64,000 nucleotides of DNA from Eremomyces bilateralis CBS 781.70 (GCA_010015585.1 ML975170.1), one strand, 5' to 3'. Positions 10,925 to 23,710 are shown, numbered from the stretch's first letter. Numbers and translations: made by a program. Notes: generated by a model not told the origin, from the sequence alone.

Positions 10925-13312
10925 TGATAATATGATATCCTGAATTGATGATAGGCCTAGTTTGTAAGGAAGGATCGAATGTGATTTCCGTGAAGATACA
11001 ACTATGTAATAATCTTTAGTTAGTTAACTGTTTTGGCTAGCTAGATCTCTTTCCTAGGCAATGGGAATCGTCAACAACTTGCGGTGTCTCGACTGTCACT
11101 GAGCTTATGCAGCGAATCTGCTTAATCAACACCCACGCGGAATGCGACACCTTAGCCTTCGGCAGTCGGCACACTCACCGCCCTTTTCGGATGGGTCATC
11201 CGGCACAATCTGATATCCAACGCCAGAGATGGAGAACTAAATGGCAAACTCGAAATCAGGCTACGAGAACGATTTGCTACCAGTGCGTACTCTAATCCAC
11301 CAGCCACATTTCTATGGCAGTCAGCCACATCGACAGGCCTAGGACCATACCATAACAAGCCTTGCCAACATTTCCTCTCCTATACTTCAGCCTGATAGTT
11401 ATTTCTCCAGATCCTTTTAAGGTTTATCCGATTCAAATTTCCTTACTATACTAAACAGAAATAACCCCTTAAGTCGATGCTCAAGGGCTTGTTACTTCAT
11501 TCTCTGTTGGCTATCGTTTCGTAGATATTGTTATGCTGGAACTTAAGCGGCCGCTTACCCTACCATGGCTCCTCAGCCCCTTGCACAAAAAGCATCATAC
11601 AGTTCTAACAAACGCCGCCAATATCAGAGAGGCTCAAGCATAGAGAAGGATCCAAGTGTTCGGCTAGACATTAAGAAGAATGATAAGGTTTGCCTTCCCC
11701 ATTAGGCCATTTGTAGAGGCGGAATGGCTGTCACAAGCGACAATGGACGTACTCCTCCACCCCAGCCAGCCGCCCAGCCTTCCATGGCTCTGTTTTCCAC
11801 AAGCGGAAGTTATAGTCCCTAGAGATATAAAGCATACTCTATTGGGCCTTCACGCGCAACACAAGGATATGGTAGGCTGGGAGAGTATGTCCATTGCCGT
11901 TTGGTCTTTTCTGCCTCTATAGATGAAAGTAGCTGGATCCCTTATTAGAAGGTCGCTAGCTAACAATTAATGAAGGCAAACACCAGTTGTCGAGTTTGTC
12001 ATATTCTTGTCAATGTGGTGACTACCAACACTAAGGAGGATTCGAGGCGCCATAATCTTGGGAAGGCTAAACAACTTGCGCATGAGACGTGTCCGATACA
12101 CATGCCGATATTAAAGACTCTTGGTGATGACTTCTGGAGCAAAGCGGAGGACGCAGACCTTGGGCTATTTGCCAGAAAAACAGAAGATGAAGCAGATAAA
12201 CTAATCATTTCCTCGGATATCGGGCGGTTCCCCTATTATGCCACAACTTTTACGCGTCTACGCCAGAATTTGCTGGATATCATTGGTCCTGGCAGTGCCC
12301 GCCTGCAGTTGCCTCATCCAAGTTGGATCGAAAGGGGACTTTATAAAAAATGGAAGTCCCACTGCGATAAATCCCACCAGCAAAAGAACACGCCTTCTTG
12401 CCGTACATCAACTGCTGCCCAATATCTACCGCCTCCAAATCCACGACACTTTGTTGACACCTGGCTCAGATGTCTGACTCCCGCCCCTAGAGGTGCTAAA
12501 TATCTGACCCTCAGCTACGTCTGGGGCCCAATTCAGTATTTTGCTACCTTGAAACAGAACCTCCCGATGTTACAAATACCTGGAGCTCTTAACGATCCAG
12601 CCGTGTGGGACAGAATCCCAAACACAGTCAAAGATGCTATCCAGTTGACAGAGCTCCTTCAAGAAAGGTACCTCTGGACGGACGCGCTTTGCATCGTGCA
12701 AGACGATGATGATATGAAGCACGGCCAGATCAACAATATGGCTTCTATCTATGCAAACTCTAACTTAACTATTATTGCTCAAGATGGCGAGCATGCGAAT
12801 CATGGTCTGCGGGGTCTGCGTGGGATCTCGCAACCCAGGAGGTACGAAAGTGAAGTGTTTCCCCTATCACAGCGAATAAAGTTAGTGAGGTACCGAACAT
12901 TACCTTTCGCACCGATTTGGGCCAGGAGAGGATGGACCTTCCAGGAAGACATATTTTCCGCTAGAAAGATAACATTCTCGGGTGTAGAGGTTTTTTGGGA
13001 ATGCGGAACGACCGTGCTATACGAGAACAACTGGAAAAGCGCTATTCTCATATTCAGGTTAAGGTAGGATCCTTGGCGGCTTGGCAATTTTTACTCCACC
13101 AACACGCGTCAGAACGCGCTTTTATCAATTATATCAATATCGCGCTTTTATCTAGCCCATAATCATTGCTCTTAGGCTTCAAACATTTGTTGAAATCTTT
13201 ATTTTCTGCTGTCGTAACGCTGTATGTTTTAATACTATAGTTACAGAACTTGTTGAACTAAATCGCGTCAGGCTCGCGTCGTATCGCATATTCCAAAGCA
13301 CTATCTCGATCG

Positions 13313-15204
13313 ATGAACAACGAATACGACTCTGGAGAAGAAGCTGCAGTCGAAACTCTGTTAGGAATGGCCCGTAAGCGCGATCAATCAAACCGCAATA
13401 TCCCGTCATCAAGTCCTCGTCATAGTGAATCCGAATTGAAATCCGATATAGAAACGGATACACCATATTCTCGACGACGTAGACTCAGACGCAGGCAGAT
13501 GCGAGTCGGTTTCGCGGATCCTCTACATCAAGACACACCAGATAACGTAGTGCAAGCAAGACTAGCACCAGCGGTTGGTCGTCGACCTATAAAAAAGGCA
13601 ACAAAGTCAAATTCAAAAGGTAGCTCTACTAGTGATAACGGCAGAGCTGCTAGTTCGAAGACTACGAAATCCGCGAAGACCACAACGAGGGCAGGGCCTA
13701 CGAAGGCTCAGCCTGTAGCAGCAGCGAAGAAACGCAAGCAAACGAAAGCAGTCTCTTTTCCACCATCCACGCCGACTCCTGCCAGGGGGCGTACCTTTAT
13801 CATTTCGGATAACGACGATAGTAGCGACGGCCAGGATGAGGTAGATTCTACTGATGGTGTTGTTGAGTTACCTCGCAAGCGTCTGAAACGAGGTTCTGTT
13901 TTAGCAAATGTCCAAGGGTTTGGTACCGGATCTCAACCTGGGATATCATCGCCTATTGCCAGCCCTGCTGCGAATTCAGCATCTCAATCAACCAATAAGA
14001 TATACAATCTATTCGGCAAGACTATGAAGATCATCCTCACGCTCATTCCATACCTTGATGGGCTAGCACTTCCGAAGAAAATGACAGCAGCGAGCCTTGC
14101 GGATATCAATCGCGAGAAGATTCTGGAGGTTGCGCAATCTATCGCCAAATCACAAGCAATGAAGCGGTTTGAACCTCTCGTCTATCATCATGAGACGAAG
14201 GCTTCGTTCTCTGCAGCAAAGATTGATAGCCGAACGAAACCTGTGGTTGAGAACGACATTGATCTTAGTACTGATAACGACGCTAAAGAATTCCGCGCTG
14301 TTTTACACTATCAGTATCATGAACTCAACCTACAAAACCTCAAGATTACCATTGAAGTTAAATATGGCACAACTTTCGAGCCATTACCGACTCCAGTCCC
14401 TATTCTCAGGCAATCGACAACTGCTGCATCTTCTGGCAGTACCCTATCTTTGGCGCATCCTCTTACTCCGGCGGTACAAGCGATTACCACCGCCAATACA
14501 GATAAGAGTGCGCTTGTGACTGAGATTACCCAGCGATGGAAGTGCACGTTGGGTTCACATCGGTGTCCTGCAAGGTCATTATATTGCTGGCCGAACCCAC
14601 AGGCAGAAAATCGCCATATGGAGATATCTGATCGCATTACTAAGAACTGGGCCGAACTAATCCGCATATCTCCTACTCTTCACAGTATCGAAACACCTCC
14701 TGCCCCTATCCAGCAACAGCTTTTTACGTGGGACCAACAGAAACAAGCACAAGAGGCCCGAAATACTTCCAATCAAAGCGGTCTTCCACTGAGACTCTAT
14801 CATCACAGCCAGGCCCTACCCAGAACTTCAACTTCGGCTTCCCATCTATGGGTATAACGCCCTGGGGTATGCCGCCTACCATACCTATGGCAACTCAATT
14901 TCCAGTACCTCCCAGTTCTCCAGTATCATCAGTCGACGGCTTCACGGTCCGGGAGTTTTGTAGGTGGATAGGTCAGGGCCGGCCTGAAGCGCAAAGGGAA
15001 GAGTTGATCAAGGCAGGCGAGGACCTTGATAATGAAGGTTATACCATAGGCGATGCGAATCTGGAGGCTCGCAGAAATCCTATCTGTCTTGCTGAGAGGC
15101 TGAATATCAAGGATGGTTATCTTAAGAGCATCGGGTCAAAGAAGCTACTCGAACGCTTTAAACGGTCGTTTATTAACCCTCCGGACACTAGAGGGGGTAG
15201 CTAG
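13313..15204 (+). CDS. Second gene inside the transposon: Lys/Ser-rich disordered N-terminus, Cys/His putative Zn-binding domain, small helical C-terminal domain; frameshifted near 14760
   Basis: ORF 13313-14857 includes RWKCTLGSHRCPARSLYCWPNPQAENRHMEI...NWAELI...ETPP. Overlapping ORF 14728-15204 continues KYFQSKRSS...PPSSPV...EFCRWI...LNIKDG. One extra A at gcccgaaatac (~14761) would join them. Confidence 0.6.
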
Positions 15205-15240
15205 TAAACCATCGTGCCTTTTAAACGGTCTCGGATTTAT

Positions 15241-16319
15241 CTATAAATTAATACCATGAACATTATATCCAGACTTCAGCCACAGCGCTTGATGGTTTGT
15301 CCGGTCAGTAAAAGCAATACATGCTGCCTTTAGAAACTCTACAAACGCCGCCTCATAGCCTTCCCTAAACTCTGGAAGCAAATCATCATTCCGCTTCATC
15401 CAGCTTTTTAAGACATGGAACGAAGGCTCAATGAGATTTAAGTCTGGCGAGTATGGAGGCAAGTATTTAAGAACAACACCCTTAGCGTCGCATAATTGGC
15501 GAATACCCTACTACTTTGTAAGTTTATATGATAGCCAGGCTAAGACAGAAGACCTACCGTAATGCGATGAGTACTGCAGTTATCCATAATCAGAATAGAC
15601 CGCGGACCAGGGAATGGATTCATTTTCGGCAAAACGCATTCCTGAAGCCATTGTTTAAACATCTCTCCATCCACGGCTGCATTCACGATGAGGGGATCCT
15701 CTAGATAGCCATTTATGTCGTATACAGGAAGGAGGCTCCACCGTTCTGTCCTCCGGAGCCATTGAACATCAATTGCTGGTGTACCACGAGGACTGTATCC
15801 ATATTTGCGAAGGAGAGTCCTCTCGCTGCATGCGGATTCATCTACGAAGACTAACCAGTCCACTGGATAGTCTTGCATTTCAAGATAGCATTCCCCTCGG
15901 AGTATTTCATTGCGCTGTGCGGCATGTCGTTGCATGACCTTGCGAGTCATGTTGAGCTCCGCAATACAACGACTGATGGTAGGCTGGCTGACCCAGATAG
16001 ACCAGTTGTCCCAGAGGAAGTACTGAAGTTCGTCCTGATATATCCCTGGCCGCATTAGAAGCTGTGTCTCGAGATCGACATACATTGCGGGGGTAACAAT
16101 AGGTCTAGGACCAGGGCGACGCGTCCTTATGGCGTAAATGGTCCCAGTCTCGCTCCATCGCTTCCTTAATCTCGTCATTGTATTCTTGTTTATACTCGTT
16201 GCGGCGATTATGTGCATATTGACTTGTCCAGCGTTGAGACGGTACTCTATGTCGCGTAAAGTCGCATCTGAGATCTGAGACCTGGTAGCTGGTAGCTGGA
16301 AAGGAGGCATGGCTACCAT
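15241..16319 (-). CDS. Tc1-like DD34E transposase (one 50-nt intron, 15508-15557)
   Basis: N-terminal HTH region, VFVDESAC, ILIMDNCSTH|GIRQL...YLPPYSPDLNLIE. After splicing gtaggt...tag there are exactly 34 residues between the second D and the E. Confidence 0.93.
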
Positions 16320-16399
16320 CTAAATAGATAAGTAGGTGTTTGCTGTCAATAGCTCCTCAAAAATACCTAAATTGATAAAGTAATGAACGTGGTGGTTGC

Positions 16400-16810
16400 T
16401 AGGGCACGCCGTCCTCATAAAGTCTTCATGAAATCTAACCCGATTTAGCCCTAGCGCTCATAAATGCCCTCATAAATACTAGCCGAATTGGGTATAGCAT
16501 TACCCAAATTTAAGTGCCTGAGGCACCCACATCGGTATTTGTAGATTCTACCCATTCGTATAGCTCTCTCTAACTGTATATAGTCTTGTAATCAACATTT
16601 TCATCACTTAAATGACCAAACCATAGCAGGAATGGACGTGTATATACGTAGCTTCAATCCTGAATTCTTCATAAAGAAGGCAGGTTACATGACTTAGCAT
16701 GATGACTCATCATGCTGAATCATCAACGCACGGGCCCATTACTGCCACCTTTTATGAGATCCCTCCGTAATTCATCATTTAATCCAGATGAGCTCATTTG
16801 GACTGCCCTA
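16400..16810 (+). mobile_element. hAT-type MITE, 411 bp, 8-bp TSD, nested in the Tc1 element
   Basis: Termini TAGGGCA...TGCCCTA. TSD gtggttgc at 16392-16399 and 16811-16818. Subterminal ctcataaa x3 on the left and tttatgag on the right. A second copy lies at 2678-2836. Confidence 0.88.
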
Positions 16811-17562
16811 GTGGTTGCTGCGTTGATATAATTGATGAAATGCGCGTTCTGACGCGTGTTGGTGGAGTAAAAATTGCCAAGCCGCCAAGGATCCTACCTT
16901 AACCTGAATATGAGAATATGGCTCGTCCATCGTCACACCGATTGTATTCCGATCTCGTTGGCATTTTCTCAATGCCATTTCCTTCTCTGTACGGATACTT
17001 CCGACTTGCAGCAGGATACAATAGCAGAGGATTCTCTTATCCAGAGGACGCCGTCTTTGCGTTTGCTGGCATCACTACGGCGTTGACTCGCATCTTCCCT
17101 GGTGGCTTCATTTCTGGCCTTCCGCAAATGTTCTTTGACGTTGCTCTCCTATGGCAACCGGAGCGAGCTGCCACGAGGCGGATAAAACGAAATACCTCAA
17201 CCAACGCTTATCTCCCAAGCTGATCATGGGTTGGTTGGGAGTCTGAGATCGATTACAGCAACTGCGTTGCCGGCTTCAACTACATAAAGAGATCTGACTA
17301 CTCTGAAGCTGTGATGGGGACCTCCGAGTGTCACAGCTTCGTTCCGCTGGTGCAGTGGTACATGCATGAGGACTTGACTTCACCACCCCAAATGGTTAGT
17401 AGCCTATGGCAGAAATATATCTCAGCCTGTTCAGACATACATTGTATTTTACCAGACGGATGGTCTCGACATGAGTACGAATTTGACAGAGACTTTGAGA
17501 ACAACAGTGAGGTCTACGAGGAGATATACTCTCCTCCACATGGATGGCTACAGCAACGCTCT

Positions 17563-17724
17563 TGTCACACGGAGGTCACCTGACTTCAGTGTGTGTTGGG
17601 TCACGTGGTTTGTGTTTGCTCGGAGATGTCTATCTCTATCTCTTCACGCTGTATTTTAGATACATCCAATACATCGCTCTTCTCACTGATACGTGATCTT
17701 TGCTCGATTGGAGTATTCTCCACA
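17563..17724. mobile_element. Solo LTR, 162 bp, 5-bp TSD
   Basis: TGT...ACA termini. TSD gctct at 17558-17562 and 17725-17729. Removing it restores the HET frame QQRS|YFTHPSAPDSEFWYPIP. Confidence 0.88.
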
Positions 17725-18631
17725 GCTCTTACTTCACTCACCCCTCAGCCCCGGATTCTGAATTTTGGTATCCGATTCCGCTCCGAGACGATGCAAGGTC
17801 TACGGAAACCCTGCCTAATGCGCGTTACATCTCTGGCCGTACCGAACGCACCTGGCTATCCAGCGGTAAATCATTTACGTCCACTGATGGACAACGCCAC
17901 TGTTTGCCCCTGCATGGCACAAATGGTGCAGTCGCTGGCGTTCTCTTTCCGTGCATAAACGGGGCCCGAAAGATCGTTCCTGGTATGCGGATTGAGCTAA
18001 TTGCGCTGTCAAGGGGCGCTCAGGATGTTAGTGACCAAGACGAAGATGATCTCGAGGAATGGCAGTGCGATCCTTCACTGAAATTTGACGAGATGTATGC
18101 CTACTATCATGTTATGTGGATTGAGTGGGACGGCGCTGTTGCATTTCGAAGCGGTACTGGACGTGTTATTGAGGACGTCTGGGGAAGACAACTAAAGGAG
18201 TGGATTGATGTTACTATTGGATAGAGAGTAACATAGTGAAAATGCCTGAGTGCTTGAGTGACAGGTCCTGACCTCCAGTCTACCTATCCTACAGCAAATA
18301 GCATACTGAGGTTCATTAGACGGTAAATCGAATCTAAGGACGTGCTAGACCCTATATGATTCAGAGCGGCGGATAGCCATGAAGCACTTCTCCAGGGCGT
18401 TCAACACTCGCCCTACGCATCCTATATCCGTCGATCGCAGTAGGACTACGCTATACTTTAGATATCTTGAAATTTATTTCGTATTCCCGGATTATTCAGT
18501 GACCAATTTAATCAATTTGTAACGATGATCATATCTGAATTCAAGACTTCTGCATACTACTTAGGCGCGGCGACTGTATGTTGAAATACGTAGTCTGGGC
18601 TGTTGAAAAACACGTGCAAATACGTCCATTC

Positions 18632-19799
<1,168 letters not shown>

Positions 19800-19827
19800 T
19801 TAGGGTCTTGTTTGGAAGGTGGAGGGA

Positions 19828-19982
19828 GCATGATCCTTTCGCTGGTATTATCCAGATCAAGTTTTAAGGCCGTATGTTCTCAGCCTGCATGGGTGGCTCG
19901 CCCTATCTGTACACCCTTTGCTCCTGACGAGGGAGAAGGGCGAGAGATAAAGCGAGCGAACCATGCGAGCACCGGCTCACGC
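19828..19982 (-). ncRNA. TPP (THI-box) riboswitch in the THI4 5'-UTR intron
   Basis: The minus strand reads GCGTGAGCCGGTGC...GCTGAGAACATACGGCCTTAAAACTTGATCTGGATAATACCAGCGAAAGGATCATGC. P1 is GCGTGA/TCATGC, P2 is GCCG/CGGC, the UGAGA J2/3 is present, and P4-P5 has the GAUAA loop. Intron ~20070 (GTACAC) to 19789 (CAG), ending 10 nt before the ATG. Confidence 0.95.
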
Positions 19983-20476
19983 TGGACACTTATCTGAACC
20001 TTTAAATCTTTGATCAGACGTTGCCTGCGCTGGACTCGCTCCCTTGGAACTTTGAGAATACATTGTGTACTTCTAACTTTGGTCGACTATTCTACCAATA
20101 CAATTAGCGTCGGCAACTCGAAGATAAATGAGAGAGAGAGGGAGAGGGGATACTCTACTATGTAGGTTCTGTGAGTGTGACTGTCTACCCAAGAGCTTCA
20201 GTTGAAATGAGGACAATTGAACTATTAGAAATGGAATGGGTGAGTTTGTTACTTCTACTACTATATATATGCGTTCTATCCCTGATCTGCCCCGCTTTGG
20301 CCGACTATATTTAGGTTCCACAGTTTAATATACTAAGAAATCCCAAACTGCTGCATCCCTGTCCATATGAATCTTCCCAGAAAATTTCCGCGGCTGTTGC
20401 TGCCAACTCCAACGTCCCAGTCTTGAACCTTCCAGGAAGCCAGGAGACCGCAGCCGGAGAGCAAAGAAAAGGCAAT

Positions 20477-22124
20477 ATGGCCAATGGAGAAGGTTTCAAA
20501 TCCCTGGCGGAACAGGTCGCAGAACTGGAAGGAAACCCTTTACCAGGTACGACATGGAGTCTCGTCTCACATTATTTTGCTCACTATCATGAATAGAATA
20601 TGACCCCGAAAATATCGAGCAATACGACAGTGACGATTCGTCTCCCGGTGGGAAGGATGATTCGCTCGCCAGGGAGCATTACGAAGCAGTCGGGTACGAG
20701 AATGTCATTTCATGGGCAGCATTTCCAGCTCTCTGACCGTTCACAGCAAAAGTAAATTACGAAAGCGCGAGATCGCAACGCTCGGTCCACAGTATGCGGG
20801 ATCACGCATAACGCGGGATACGATCGAGGAGGAGGACGACGATTCGGATGATCCGTTTGCCAAAGGACGGTTTGACAGCAACAGCGACAGCGACAGCGAG
20901 CCCGAGAATCTGGGGCCCGCCACCCGCCGAACCGCGACGAATAGCGTGAAGGATGCTGGATCGGATTCGCAGGAGGAGGACGATGAGGATATGGAGGAGA
21001 GATCGGACGGTAGTGAAGCGGGCGCGCAATCCGATTCCGAAGACCTCGAATCCGACGACGAGGATGATGATCAAAGCATGGACGATGCGACGATGGACGG
21101 CCCGGCCACCGATGGGGCAGATCGCGCCGAATTGCGGAGGATCATGGGCGAGGAGCAGAAGCAGGTCACGGCGGCCATCAATGAAGCCGCGAAGGGAGAT
21201 GTTGCCAAAGGACTGGCCGTTCAATCGCAGCGACAAACGTTCGATACGCTGTTGAATACCCGCATGCGGTTGCAAAAGGCTTTGATCAGCACGAACTCTT
21301 TAGCGCCGTCAGGCCTTCCCGAGGACTCTAAAGAATCTCTCCTCGAGCAAGAGGACGCCGTCCGTTCAGCCGAGACGGCCGCGCTGAGCCTTTGGACCGC
21401 CCTGAACGAATTGCGGAACGCGCTATCTACAACCGACAACGCCACGAGGAACGGAGCCCCTGCAAAAGCCGTCGACCTAGACGATGCCGCGTCCATGTGG
21501 TCCACTATGAGCCATCACGAATCACTGGCCGTTGGCCAGCGCAAAGCAACCCTTCAGAAATGGTCCCATAAAACCCGCAGCATCGCCCCCGCCAACGCCT
21601 CGCGATCGAAGTTCTCCTCGAACCACCGGGAAACCACCCTGCTCGATACTCTCCAGTCGCACATCACCGATCCCTCACGCCTGGCGCGGACCCGCGTCCC
21701 GCGCTCCTGCGCCCCCGTTCAAGCATCCAAAGGCATCGAAGCCACCTCCGACGTCTACGACGACGCGGACTTCTACTCCACGCTCCTCCAAGAGCTGCTC
21801 TCGCGCCGTGGGGCCGCAATGGATTTTGACCCTGGGACGTTCTCGGCGATGAAGCGGTCGAGCAGCACGAAGGTGAATAAGCGGGACGTGGACCGGAAAG
21901 CGAGCCGAGGGCGGAAGCTGAAGTATACGGTGCATGAGAAGTTGGTGAGCTTCATGGCACCGGATGCGAGGGGGAGTTGGGGGGAGAGGAGGAGTCGGGA
22001 GTTGTTTGGGGGGTTGTTTGGGCAGAGGTTGGGGTTGGACGAGGCGGAGGAGGAGCAGGAGGAGGGAGAGGAGAGCGACGGGTTGGATGCATTGGAAGAA
22101 GGACTGCGGTTGTTCCGAAGTTGA
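20477..22124 (+). CDS. BFR2: Bfr2/AATF (TRAUB domain) ribosome-biogenesis protein
   Basis: MANGEGFKSLAEQVAEL, AREHYEAVG|KSKLRK, acidic tract, DTLLNTRMRLQKAL, YDDADFYSTLLQELL and VDRKASRGRKLKYTVHEKLVSFMAP; two introns. Confidence 0.93.
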
Positions 22125-22259
22125 ACACTACTACTCCATTACCCTCGTATCATCAATACCATTTGCCTGGAAAAACACTACGTTGGTCTCCCCATTTCCT
22201 CACAGTTCCCAACCATGAAGCCTGGTAACGCCAAAACAATAACCCGAGCATCGATCCAC

Positions 22260-23710
22260 TTATTCCCAATCCTCGTCGCTGTCCTCATCCTTCGCAGCAG
22301 GCTTGGCCAGTCCACCATCTTTCTCCTTCTCCGAGCTGGGGCTGGGTGGGCCAGCCGCCGAGGGAGCACGAGATACGAGGTCATAGCTCGCGTCGCTGTC
22401 AGCCTGAGAATGTTGGTCTGGAGAGCGACGCGTATTGGAACTGTGTGCTCGAGGTGGCTGCAGCGTTGTTGTTGAGCTGCTTGGGTCAGTGTGTGAATCC
22501 TTCTTGATCGCCTCGGGTTCATCGTCACTCTCGGAGTCCCAAGCCATGTCGTTGTCGGAGGATACTGCGCCTGTGACATTGTGAGCTCCTGTTATCCCAA
22601 CGCGGGTTTTGCCAATCATACCTTTGAGGAGTTCCTTGCGACGATCTTCCTCCGTCTGCACCACGTTTCGGAGATAATAATACCGGCTCCAGAAGGTGGC
22701 ATAATCCACTCGTTCGGGTACGCATGCCTCCATCGCCTTCCTGAGCTCGGGATAAGCGTCGAGATCATTCGCGATGTCCTCGGTCTTCTCATCGACCTTA
22801 AAACTTCCGATCCACTCATCGTACGCCTCCTCTGCCGGATTTTCCAAGAACGAGTCTAACTTAGTATGGATGGAATGCAACCGCGCCTCGAGTCTCGTAG
22901 CATGGAAAACCCGCCGGCTTTCCTCTTCCATGTTATCGAACAGGACATCCTTTGCCTTCTTCCGCTCTTGCCCGTCGGTCCCGTCCTCCTCGGGCGCCGC
23001 AATTGTAACTGCTTCCTTCAAGAAATCCCGAACGCTCGAACCAAAATTTAGGATCGCCTCGTCGGCTCGGTCTTCGGCGCGCTCGATGTCTTTCATGCGC
23101 TTGCTCGCTTCGACGCGAAACCGTGCGAGCATCGACTCCGCCTCGTGAAGAATGTCGGCGGGCAATGAATCGGGTCGTTCGGAGGTTTCTGTACCACCGG
23201 AGGCTTCTGTATCCCGAGTCACTGTAGTAGTATCTGCGGAGGAGGAAGCAGTGGTGGGAGGAACTGTTCCCGGGGCTTCTCCAGCGGGGCCGGCGGGTTC
23301 GCCAGGCGGCAATTCGGATTGTACTTGGGATAATGCTGTTGTTTTACTAATGAGCGCGTTGATCCCGTTGGTCGCTTGGGTGCTGGCAGCACCCAAATCT
23401 TTCCTTGCGTCTTCATAGTAGCTTTCTCCCTGGTGTCCGCTCGTCAGCCATTGTAGGGGACATACGTCATGGCCTAATATCGCAACTATTCCGGACCATC
23501 AATAGAAGCTAGAAATAGTCGGCTTACCTGCTTGCGGACATTACCGAGAAAGCCACCAATCCTTGAGCCCCATGGGCTGCTAGAAAACGCCTTGTATGCC
23601 TCTTGGAACTCGGTGTTCAATCCAGCTGGCTTGGATTCCTCGGCGGGAGCTTCTTCCCGTTCGTGGTCCGGCAGGTTTTCTTCCTGGATATGATCGTATG
23701 CGATATCCAT
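22260..23710 (-). CDS. BSD-domain protein (Dos2-like)
   Basis: [11 protein letters not shown]...[51 protein letters not shown] and C-terminal DSDEDWE; introns at ~23431-23527 and ~22573-22621. Confidence 0.88.

Larger units (their letters stand above)
13045..16916 (-). mobile_element. Tc1/mariner (IS630-Tc1-mariner, DD34E) DNA transposon, 3872 bp, TA TSD
   Basis: 75-bp perfect TIRs (13045-13119 and 16842-16916), extending imperfectly to ~93 bp. TA at 13043-44 and 16917-18. Contains a transposase and a second convergent ORF. Confidence 0.97.
11970..18224 (+). pseudogene. HET-domain gene disrupted by a Tc1/mariner element, a nonsense mutation and a solo LTR
   Basis: The 5' part has YLTLSYVWG, IPNTVKDAI, YLWTDALCIVQDD and RRGWTFQEDIFS. 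Joining 11970-13044, 16919-17562 and 17730-18224 gives 2214 nt in a single frame, with one internal TGA at 17221-17223 inside LPS*SWVGW. Confidence 0.93.

Noticed and set aside
12800..17086. Two ORFs starting with the identical peptide MPSRQGSYLNLNMRI
   Set aside because: Both simply read outward through the two transposon TIRs; they are not duplicated genes.
8035..18335. 13-bp direct match gtaaatcgaatct flanking the two HET genes (~8035 and ~18323)
   Set aside because: Too short, with no extension or associated TIR; compatible with chance.
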